DNA from: Paramoeba atlantica
Lineage: Eukaryota > Protista > Discosea
Reading direction: 5' to 3'
DNA: 64,000 nucleotides
Assembly (NCBI GenBank): GCA_977017575.1
Contig: CDRNVI010000016.1
Location: 372,001-436,000, forward strand
Shown: positions 31,340 through 41,098 of the stretch, in pieces
How the letters are laid out: the number at the start of each line of letters is the position of its first letter
Position numbering within the stretch: position 1 is the stretch's first letter
Made by a program: the position numbers and the translations under genes
The notes under the pieces: model-generated
Told to the model about the DNA's origin: nothing
The model's input: only the letters and a program-made list of their open reading frames with translations
Database searches by the model: none

Positions 31340-31499
31340 AGAGGATTGGCGTCCGACCGTCTCTCCCACAGGAAGTGCGCGTGACTGCTTTCCGAGCCGG
31401 GGCTAGCCAAGCTCTACTTCCTCTAGTGAGGTGCAGTCTCCTATAACCCTGCTGGGGCAAAGCCGTAAGACGGTCGGACACCCCCTTTATTTCGCTTCG
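31340..31499. ncRNA. Unidentified structured RNA-like module flanked by 10-bp direct repeats
   Basis: Closing stem GTCCGACCGTCT (31351-62) / AGACGGTCGGAC (31468-79). Inner pairings AGGAAGT/ACTTCCT, GACTGC/GCAGTC and GAGC/GCTC. CGCTGCATTG at 31330-39 and 31500-09. Family not identified. Confidence 0.45.
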
Positions 31500-31521
31500 C
31501 GCTGCATTGCACGTTTCTGAA

Positions 31522-31544
31522 GATACAGTTTCTGTACCTTGTTG
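31522..31544 (+). other. Spliced-leader (mini-exon) 3'-half relic or mimic
   Basis: GATACAGTTTCTGTAC equals nt 17-32 of the T. cruzi SL as I recall it, and is followed by a 7-mer ending TTG like the SL 3' end. No GT donor follows, so this is not an SL RNA gene. Confidence 0.8.
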
Positions 31545-31590
31545 ATTTATTAACTTTGTACTAAACTTATCCTTCGGAGCATGGTCTCCA

Positions 31591-34500
31591 ATGTCACACC
31601 CCCAGCTCCCCACGCGCACTACGGCCTCCCTCGAGGACCTGTCAGCGCGCAGCGACACCCCCAGAACTTTCACTTCATCCGAAGTCGTGCAGTGCCTGTG
31701 AAGATCCGCCCCTCTGATAGCGTTTCATTCTCCCGGTAGAAGGCCCTGTAAGCATACGTGCCGCGACAAGACAAATTGTTTGCACCAGTGCTGCAAAATA
31801 GGAGTCCTCATCACGGGTGCTACAGATAATCCTCGACCAGAACGGCACCTCGGGGAGTCACCACTAACACGGTCACATAGCCCACTGACAGTAGCCACAT
31901 CGATAGAAACCGATCCGCAAGTCTCAACAGATGCCATACCGAGCGAAGAGGCCCAGTATGAGGAACTGTCAACCGGTAATCCGCCGTCGTCCGCCGTAAT
32001 ATCAGCAAACACGGCCAACTATCGCCCGTGTCGGCACATATGCAGCAATAAAACTCAGTGCAAACACCAATGTTGCAAGACAGTGGTCATGATCGTCGAA
32101 GAAAACAGTCAGAATCGAACATGGTCACTTAGGAATTTTTTTACGAGGACATCTCCTGCCGATGCTAGCATAATATCACCAGAGAGTCACCCTAGCTGGC
32201 CATCCGAGACAGGAAACTTGAGCGGTACTCAGGCTGTAAACCACGAACTCTCTCATACACGCACTCCCCCGGAACCTCATGTTAGTAGAGATAGCAATAT
32301 CCCCCCTGAATCAGTCTCTCGCCGTAATTGCGCACATAAATGTAAAGACAAAACCAAATGTAAGCATTCATGTTGTCAAAAAGGAGTTTTCCTCAAAGCT
32401 GGCGAAATCGCATACTCTGCCATAAGCTGGACGGCGCAAAATATTCTATTCCCTGCGCTTGGTGATGCCGAACGCGCTGCAGCTTCTTCACAAGCTTCGG
32501 AACCGCCCGCCCCAGTCGTGGCACCCCGCCTACCAGTTCGCACCAACTCCCTGCCCCGCACGAGTCCACTGTCCAGCCCTCTACGACATTTCCCATCAGC
32601 CCACGAGACGCAACCGGATTCCTCACCTTCTGTACCATGCATGGAATCCGTAGAAGAACCCACGCCCTTGCCTTTACCTTTACCTTTACCTTTACCTCCC
32701 CCACCAGAAGTAAATCGCAGAAGCACGATACTGCAGAGAATCCCTCGAGCCCAGCACGCCCCAGCCCTAACCGTTCAGCCCATTCCTGACCTGCAGAATC
32801 TTCTCGAAATATTTGACACAATAACGGGAGGACGAGTTCTGGTACGTTTTACAGAGGAACAGTGGGGCAATATTATTGAGAAAATTGAGGAACGTTGCAA
32901 TTTGTACGTTCACCCAGCGCGAAGCGATGAGGATGCCCTGTCTCAAGCTAAAACATTATCCGCGATCCTCGCCGTAACCGTCTTTGAAGCCGCACGGGAG
33001 AGCGACCCGACACACGGCTTTCTCCTGCGAACCAGAGCTGGCAGAGCCAGAAGGAACTCACGGCCCTTGGCCATCGAACGTACCACGAAGAGGCTTCGCA
33101 CACATGTTCGTCAACTCAAACGTGCACTTACCTTCATGAAGGGGGCCGCGAGAAACAAGCAGCGAGGAGAAATTAAGGAAGCAGGGATAGCGTTGAAGTT
33201 GTATGTGGAGGAAGCCAATCTACAGAAGAAGGAAATCGATCGACGATCGGCATTAACTCCGTTCCAGAGAAACCCGTGGACAGCTGCGGGCGAATGCCTA
33301 GATCGCACTGACCCAATCCAGGAACCCGAGAGGTCTTACCCTACAGTACCTCTTCAAGAGGTTGAGAACTTCTTCGCGGCATCATTGTCAAAACCTGAAG
33401 AGAATCACAGCATACCCCCCGTCGAGTTCTTGGGACCACGGCCTGACATCGACATGCCGTGGTCGGATATTGACGCCGAAATGATAGCATCTGGTGTATC
33501 TTCCAAGCCCTCGGGCGCCTGCTGCCTGGATCAGACACTGTATCCAACGCTCTGCTCAAGCGTTGTAGCCCTGTCTTTGTCCACATCGCTCAAGTATTCA
33601 ATGATATCCTTAAATTCGGGGTTTGCCCCCCCGCCTGGAAATCTGCCGTAACTCGCCTCATACACAAAGGTGGTCCTACATCAACTATGGAGAATTGGCG
33701 ACCGATAAGCTTAACTAGTTGCATAGGGAAACTTTTCCATTCAATCCTGAGCCACCGAATCCTTCAACATTCCTTGGATTCTCATGCGCTCGATACATCA
33801 GTACAAAAAGGATTTCTACCACACATGAATGGGACCGTCGAGCATACACAAGTCTTATGCGAACTCATTGAACACCAACGACGTCACAAACGGCAATACT
33901 TACTTGCACAGTTCGATATCAAGAACGCTTTCGGATCTATTCCCCACGCAGTACTGTTACAATCCCTAAAATGGGCCCGTGTCTCCCCAATTCTAATTAA
34001 CTATATCAGCGCGCTGTACAAAGGAGCATCTATTCAAATCAAATGTGCTGAAGGCCTTACGAAGTCGATCGAGATCGGCCGTGGAGTATTACAAGGAGAT
34101 ACACTGTCGCCGATCTTATTCAACTTGGCAATGGAATTGGTTTCTTCGCTTCATCTGTTCAAGTTGCCCATAGTACGGAATCACTTGGGATGGAAAGGAA
34201 ACTTTTCTGAAGGCCTTTGCTGACGACCTCAGTATACTCACGAACACACCAAAGGAAATGCAAATTGCCACGAACGTAATGGTCATGACAAGACGACCCC
34301 AGATAATGATTGACGCAACACCTATTCCTCAAATATGCGATAATGGTCGCACATTCCTGGGTGTGACTCTCGGACCTGGTGCCCAGCATGGTAAAATTCT
34401 GTTCCTAAAGCTACGCAATCGACTCCGTACCTGGTTACACAACATATCTTCCAGCTCCCACGACCTACCCGCCCGACTCTGGATATACAATAATGGTATT

Positions 34501-35862
34501 ATCTCCCGCCTTCGCTACTCTTTTGTTGTCAATTCATGTCTGACTTTTAACCACGTTCTGCGCCTCCAGCCATGCGCTACAAATGAAATCAGAAAATGGT
34601 TAAATGTAGCAAAATCCGCGACAAGCGAACTGTTGTACTCCGAGCATGGTTGGAACCTCGTGAGCTTATCCAAACTCTAGCTTCTTTCAACCGCGAGCGC
34701 CGTGGAACAAATGGAGAAATCACGCAATCCCGATGTCCAGCACGCCCTGCGAGAACGCATCAGGAGAGATGAAAACAAGAGAAAAGCGGGGTACATTCGT
34801 CCGCCGACTGACATACTCGGTTCAACTCACAATAACGTACGACGACTTCTCGACAGTGAATATGAGAGGCATCTTTCGGAAGCCGTGCAAAGGCGCACTT
34901 CAGTTGCGGGAAGATGGTTCCGCGTAGCGACGGAAGCAGACCTCGCGAGGGACTTCGCTGCCGCCCTATGAAATCTCAAAAGCGAATCGCTATCACGATT
35001 TACGGCTTCCGTACTCACAGAAAGGCCACTCCCCACTAGAGTGTCTCTCCGCAAATAGGGCGTATCGACACACACAAGCAACAAGTGTCCTATCTGCGAT
35101 ACTGAAACGCAAACCGCGCGACATATTCTCTCCGGGTGTAGAAAAGCACTCGAGCAAGAACGATATACTCTGCGACATAACATGGTGCTACAAGCCCTCG
35201 CAAACTCTGTGCAGAAATTCCAAGGGACCAGTCTATATCACTTTGACCTCCCTCACTTTCCTTCTACCCCTCCGTGGCTCACGGAACTTGACACCGAGCT
35301 GCGACCGGATGGGTGGGTGAAACTGTCCAACGGGGAGGAGTATATTATAGAATTGACGTGCCCCTGGGAGGAAAATTTTGTCTACGCACACGAACGAAAA
35401 ACTGCCAAGTACACAAATTTCTACCATTCCCGCAAGCTCACAAACCCGAGCACTTTCCTACTCGTTTTCGAAGTCGGAGCGAGAGGAAAAATAAGCAGTG
35501 CCGGTCGAACTCTGAACTCTCTATTTATGGGTAATGATGAGCTGGTGGCTGATTGCCGGCGCAATATGACCGTGAAGGCTCTGAGAGGGAGCTTCATAGT
35601 GTATCAAAACCGCAATGACAAAAATTGGATGGAGGAGAACGTTCTTGGCGACGCTGAATAGAAACGGGTGACCAAAACGTGTTTTGTGCGCGTTTTCACC
35701 ATATAAATCTCTGCAGGATTACCTGTATGATACAATATACCTTTCCTACCATCACCTTTCCATATACATTGAATATTTTGGAGCCACATGTACGTGGCTC
35801 CGGGATTTGGACTTGCAAAAGCAGGGTTATAGGAGACCGCACCTTACTAGAGGATTTTTTTT
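31591..35862 (+). mobile_element. HERO-like (R2 superfamily) non-LTR retrotransposon with RT and restriction-like endonuclease, decayed
   Basis: PGSDTVSNALLKRC, ENWRPISLTSCIGKLF, QKGF, QFDIKNAFGSIPH, RGVLQGDTLSPILF, AFADDL, RLWIYNNGIISRL, CPICDTETQTARHILSGC, RYTLRHNMVL, RPDG...IELTCPWE...HERKTAKY. Frameshifts near 33520 and 34140; stops at 31699, 34678, 34969 and 35057. The true 5' end is probably upstream, around 31320. Confidence 0.9.
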
Positions 35863-36569
35863 CTAAATATTTTGGACTCAGAGGGGTGATAGGCAAGGAA
35901 ACGCTCTAGTTTTTGGAGATCCGTTGAATGCCGAAGGAATTGGGTCAAAAGCTCTTACGGTGTGCTCTATGGTTTGGGAGGCAACCAGTACCTGGACTGT
36001 GTATCCTTCCTTAGCCACCCAAAATGAGCTTTCCGAAGAATAGGGTCCTTTGGATGTTCTCATGGGGTTCTGAGCAACCAGGAGGGCACCGGGTTAACGC
36101 AAAGTAGCTGGGGAAAGTTTTCAACGTCATTTTGTGGCGATTCGCCTGTGAAATGCGAAGTTGTCTTGGAGAGTCACCATGTGACTGTTAAGGAGCATAA
36201 ATCGGGCGTGGTCTCTGGCCAGGTAGAAGACTTTCGGCTTCCGGTCATAGGAGTTGAAGTGATTCTTCATAGCAAAAGGGAAAGGTTCACAAGCGAATAC
36301 TGAACAGCAATAAGTTCCTTATACGCGGTGATTGTTTTCCACGTAGAAGTGCCCTGCTGTAAGTGTGGCTTTTTTTCTGTGAATAACACCTAAAATTAAG
36401 GAGGACGAAAATTAAGGAAACTATTTCGTGTCACAAAGGAATCGCCCTTATTTAAAATCTTTCTTAATTTCAGTTTCTGCTTTCCATACACTCGCTGAAT
36501 TAGCTTAGTAAGCGAGTTAAATACTCACCGTGTCTCTTTCAATAACTTATTATTCGATTAACACTTAAA

Positions 36570-37313
36570 ATGAATTACATGCGCTTGCACGGAGCGATTG
36601 CAAAAAAATGGACTTGCCCGCATTTTCAACGCGAACTGCGTAAGACGGTGTCTTCATCCGCATTCTCTGCCCACATGGTTGATAAAATAGGCAAAAGTCT
36701 GTCATGTACTGATCCAAACATTTGTCCTGTCTTGTCTCGCACGCATTCAACAGAGTCATTGTTGTATCAATGTGTTTGCGGAGTTCGATGTAAAACAGCT
36801 AGCCTTCTGAAGCACCATCTTCTTTTACGCCATGCTGTGACCCCTGCACGCCGTGCTGGGCTGGAAAACACAAAAGAAAAAAGAGAAACGAAATATGTAA
36901 ACGATGAGAAATTCAATTTAGGTGAAGTGCAAGACATGGAGAATATTCCGCGGGTAGGTAATATACGTCCCAGGGGGGCACAATTTTTGACGGGTATGCG
37001 TCTTGAACACATTGTTCTCATAGCTTGTCCGTACTGTAAAATGAAGTTCTCACATCGGAGTGTCTTGCAGCAGCATGTTATGGGGGTACACGTTCAAGAA
37101 CTAGAGCTAAAACACCGACAATTGTTGATCTACTCTAGCTCAAAATTTACTTTTCCAAAAACCGTTCATATCACCTATAACGAATCTGCTATAAATCATA
37201 GGGAAGGATGTCTGGCGTCTGATGCGCTATGTACTTATTCAAGACAAACCGCTGTCCGCCGCGTGCAGCCGTTGAATTCAAATGCAGATCAATTCGTTTT
37301 TACGGAAGTGTAG
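36570..37313 (+). CDS. C2H2 zinc-finger protein
   Basis: YQCVCGVRCKTASLLKHHLLLRH and CPYCKMKFSHRSVLQQHVMGVH. Confidence 0.75.
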   Translation: MNYMRLHGAIAKKWTCPHFQRELRKTVSSSAFSAHMVDKIGKSLSCTDPNICPVLSRTHSTESLLYQCVCGVRCKTASLLKHHLLLRHAVTPARRAGLENTKEKRETKYVNDEKFNLGEVQDMENIPRVGNIRPRGAQFLTGMRLEHIVLIACPYCKMKFSHRSVLQQHVMGVHVQELELKHRQLLIYSSSKFTFPKTVHITYNESAINHREGCLASDALCTYSRQTAVRRVQPLNSNADQFVFTEV

Positions 37314-37509
37314 TTCCCGCGAATGTTGAAAAACTGTATCATCGTAGTCAGGCTTCATGAGATATGTTGCGTTGCGCTAAGTTTGTTTCCATTTAACGAA
37401 GGTCGCTTTATTTCTACTACATTTTGTACTTTTGTACTGTGCTTTTCTACTATACTACTCGAGTGCGGTAAAAAAAGTAGCATTTTGTTTTCCATTCGAT
37501 TCTACTGTT

Positions 37510-37833
37510 ATGAACCTAGAGTTTGGCAGTCGAGAATGGCGGCGTTCAGTTTTGGCCGTCTATAAAGCCATATTAGCCACGCATCATTGCGTATTAACCA
37601 GTGAACAGAGGGCCTTGGGCGACAGCATGGTTCGTCGGGAATTCCGCTCTCATCGTGGAATTAATGACGAAACGCAATCTCGAGTTTTTCTGAAAAGCTG
37701 GATCGAGTATTTGAAACATCTTCAGAGTGCGAAGTCGCTTCCTCGAATCGACACCTCTCAATTCTCTGACACGCAATTGAGGCAAGTCCAAAAGTTGCGC
37801 AGACGAATAATAAAACCCATGGAGGAAAGCTGA
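37510..37833 (+). CDS. SDHAF3: Succinate dehydrogenase assembly factor 3 (ACN9/Sdh7, LYR family)
   Basis: VYKAILATHH...QRALGDSMVRREFRSHR...FLKSWIEY. Confidence 0.8.
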   Translation: MNLEFGSREWRRSVLAVYKAILATHHCVLTSEQRALGDSMVRREFRSHRGINDETQSRVFLKSWIEYLKHLQSAKSLPRIDTSQFSDTQLRQVQKLRRRIIKPMEES

Positions 37834-38205
37834 CAATGTTTTACGGTACGCATAGAAGACACGTGAGAACAAAGAAATCTTAGTAAAGCGTGATCCTACA
37901 GAGTGGGAGTAGGACACTTCACAGAGTGACACTACGCAGAGAGTGGAAGTATGACACTACACAGTGAGAGTACACTATCCCCATTCTTAAATCTGGGGTA
38001 AACAGTAAAACACTGCTTTTCGAAGATGTGTCTCACTATGAAGATGTGTATAATTACTGTAATGTAATGCCGAAGTGCATCGAAGAGTAAGTCGCCTTCC
38101 GGGGATCCTCTGGCAATGAAATTACTCCAGCGACAGATTACGCGTCTACTCATCATTTGACTTTGTGCCGCATGATGAGAACTCATTTTACATATGAGAA
38201 CCATA

Positions 38206-39759
38206 GCTGTAAAATTGTTAATAATTTTTTCGTTTAACAATTAAACCCCCGCTCACGAATAAGTGACCCCCCCTTATTTTTAGCACATGGGGGCGTGGGT
38301 GGGTTATCATACCACTGTTTCGTTCAAAATTTCGAGACCTGCACGTTCCCGCTGTTTTTAGCTCATTTTAAAATTTTAAAATTTAGTCAAAAAAAATAAT
38401 TGGCTTTTCAACTTTTTTTTCCAAAAAGTGACCAAATCACCATATCGGCTTCCAAAAGGGGCGCTTACGGATAGTGGTAAGGTTCTTTTGAAGATGAGAC
38501 ATGGAGAAGGTGTTCCGATAAAACAATTATCCCGTGATCTTAACGTCTCTAGAAGGATAATCAAAAAATATCTGAACGAAAAAAAATCTAGCGGGGAATA
38601 CACTTTGAGTCCTGTGGGTGGAGGTATTTGGTTATTCTACCAAATGACACATCTATTACAAGCAAGACGTACATAGAAACATCAAAACAGGTAGATTTCC
38701 CCCCTAATAGTGTATTTCAACAGGATGGGGCAACGGCACATACTGCCCGTGCCTCCAAAGAGTACATTGAGAATCGAATGAGTGATGTTCTAAGAAACTG
38801 GCCCCCCAACTCGCCCGACCTTTCCCCCATAAAAAACGTCTGGTCTATGGTCCAAGAGGCGGTAGACGAACAAACGCCATCGGACAAGCCTTCACTTATC
38901 CGATGTGTACGTAAAGTATGGTCTTCTTTAACTCAAAAAGTGATCGACAAAACAGTATTGAGTTTTGATTCTCGACTTAAGGAGTGTATAAGATTGAAGG
39001 ACGAAAATGTGAAAAAATGATAATTTTTCTCTAAATTGTGCGTATTCGTTTCTTTTTGTCTCATTTCTTCACGCGCAAAGTCCTTGTGTTGAGATCTTCA
39101 AAATGCAACAAAAATCAGCTCAAACGGACATTTGTACGAAAAAAAAGAAGGGGGTCACTTTTGTGAGCGGGGGTTTATTATTATTAAAAAATTATTAATA
39201 ATTATTAATAAGGTCTTAGTAGGCAGATAGGACATAAAAATACCAACGTCAGAATATTTTATTCCCTCATATTTTTCTTTCTAATTCCGCTTCTTGCCAA
39301 GGAAGAATCCTGGGGGGGATCAACTCAGAAAACTTTGGTTCTTAAGATCTTAGAAATCACGTTTTTTGACTATGTATGATGATGTTTTTTGGCTAATGTA
39401 TCCTAAAAAAATAGATAATAAACGTCTAGTTTTAAAAATGAGAATGCGGCTCTGAATGATCCTGTCAACATGCAACTCCATTTAAGCTTGGCAGTATATA
39501 CATGAAGACTTCATGGATGTCCATGAAGACCTACATACAGTAGTATGTAGGTCTAACCAAACTTTCAGAATCTTTTAATGTCTCTTACATGAAGTACGTG
39601 CAACGTGCTTCCACTTTATTTGATCTTGTCTGATCTCACCGATGGTATTAACGCGGACCAAAAACCTAAAATGCAAAAATATTAATAATTATTATTAATT
39701 GACTCTTTCTTTTAGTAATAATTATTAATAATTGTTATTAAAAAAATTATTAATACAGC
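38206..39759. mobile_element. Outer foldback/MITE-like element with AT-rich inverted ends, interrupted by the Tc1 copy
   Basis: GCTGTA...TTAATAATTTTTT...TAACAATTA at the left resembles the reverse complement of 39725-39759. The AT-rich array resumes at 39176-39210 after the Tc1. Confidence 0.4.
38244..39175 (+). mobile_element. Tc1-like DNA transposon, internally deleted
   Basis: TIRs AACCCCCGCTCAC..AAGTGACCCC / GGGGTCACTT..GTGAGCGGGGGTT flanked by TA at both ends. HTH remnant at 38428-38611. Catalytic C-half FQQDGATAHT...WPPNSPDLSPIKNVW (D35E spacing, Glu changed to Lys). Confidence 0.92.
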
Positions 39760-39964
39760 AATGATGAGAACTCATTTTACCAGAAATCTAATTTTCGCTT
39801 CATCTGAAGATACAAGATGTAACTTACCAAAAGGTCAAGAAGCTTTTCCATCGCTACTTTTCCATCGTCATTTCCATCGCTACTTTTCCATCGTACACCG
39901 TATTCTTTGTGATATCATAAGGCTTTCTTTTTGCATTTTTTTGATTAGCTTTGCTAATTTCGGT

Positions 39965-40909
39965 ATGCTTGGACGAGTTTTGCATTTGAGGCACCCTTTG
40001 TTGGACAAAGGAATACGCAGAATGAATCCTACGTACCGTTCACATGCACCTTGCTTTTTCAAATTTTCAGTGAGGCAAAAAGCGACGTCCACGCGAGATT
40101 ATTACTCAACTTTAGGCGTTCGAAGGGAAGCGAATCTTGAGGAGATCAAAAAAGCCTATCGAAAACTGGCTTTGAAGCACCACCCTGATGCGAACCCAGA
40201 AAACAGAAAACAGTCTGAAGAAATTTTTAAGAGCGTGAGTCAAGCTTATCACGTACTTTCAGATCCTACGCAGAGAAAGCAATACGACCTGTCGCTTAAC
40301 ATAAATACAAGTAAGAGCACTGCCCGAAGCGCAAGTACACCACCTCGCGAACACTCGTCTTATTCATATGAAGCGGCCTCTCCAGAAGATGTTTTTCGCT
40401 CAGTTTTCGGAACTAGCGATTTCGCCCATGTGTTCGACGAAATGAATAAAACCATCTATGGACAAGAGCCATTTCTTTCGACAAAGCACCCTTTTCGACA
40501 ACAGTCGCCGTTTCATGACATACCCCAAGAGGAACTAGATGAATTACGGGGTATGTGGCGCACCAAAACTGGGCACTACGTTGCCCCTGATGGAACAAAT
40601 GTGTATTATCGGAGAAGTGTTTTTCATGGCCACGATAATTATCCTTCTGCCCATCGCACCTCAACAAGTGATGCCACAAGAAAGAAAACCTCAAATCGTT
40701 CATCATCGAACGATAGCGCCGCCTATGCCAACCAAAAACCGGAACTGGATACATTTCCCTATAAACTCGATTACGCCAGATATTTTTTGCGTGCCCGACA
40801 ATTCATAGGAATTACATTTGGAACAGTAATTTTACTAAAGCTTTTGGGGCCACTTTCCAAGGTTCTTCTGTTACTTAGCTTGCTGTTTATAGTTTCAAAT
40901 TTATGGTAG
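39965..40909 (+). CDS. DnaJ-domain co-chaperone with a presequence-like N-terminus and C-terminal TM segment
   Basis: DYYSTLGV...[15 protein letters not shown]...[21 protein letters not shown] and a hydrophobic C-terminus. Confidence 0.9.
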   Translation: MLGRVLHLRHPLLDKGIRRMNPTYRSHAPCFFKFSVRQKATSTRDYYSTLGVRREANLEEIKKAYRKLALKHHPDANPENRKQSEEIFKSVSQAYHVLSDPTQRKQYDLSLNINTSKSTARSASTPPREHSSYSYEAASPEDVFRSVFGTSDFAHVFDEMNKTIYGQEPFLSTKHPFRQQSPFHDIPQEELDELRGMWRTKTGHYVAPDGTNVYYRRSVFHGHDNYPSAHRTSTSDATRKKTSNRSSSNDSAAYANQKPELDTFPYKLDYARYFLRARQFIGITFGTVILLKLLGPLSKVLLLLSLLFIVSNLW

Positions 40910-41098
40910 GTATTTACATGTGTTGCAATAACGCACACTGCTTCGTGGGGATGGTAGTTATACAACTGTTCCAGTAACACTATTTCTTACTCCTTGCAAG
41001 AAATACATCTTTAATTATTTTAGCTATTCGAACAGCATGGTGTTCTACACCGTTTTTACTTCGTCTTCTAGAATCCTTTTGTAAATTAATTTATTTAA

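Noticed and set aside
31380-31460. HDV-like ribozyme at the retroelement 5' end (ACT-TCCTCT-AGT resembles P3/L3)
   Set aside because: I could not place P1, the P1.1 GG or a J4/2 catalytic C on either strand.
31699-35059. In-frame TGA/TAG in the retroelement as a sign of stop-codon reassignment (Blastocrithidia-like) or selenocysteine
   Set aside because: Host genes have no internal stops and end at TAA, TAG or TGA. The element also has frameshifts, and two of the stops sit where Trp is expected, which fits simple decay.
35880-36400. Possible decayed coding sequence downstream of the retroelement (similar stretch at 58740-59100)
   Set aside because: Only short open frames with no recognisable motif, so I cannot support a call.
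39761-39807. C/D snoRNA (ATGATGA...CTGA)
   Set aside because: Only 47 nt between the boxes, no terminal stem, and the C-box word is part of the 20-bp direct repeat.
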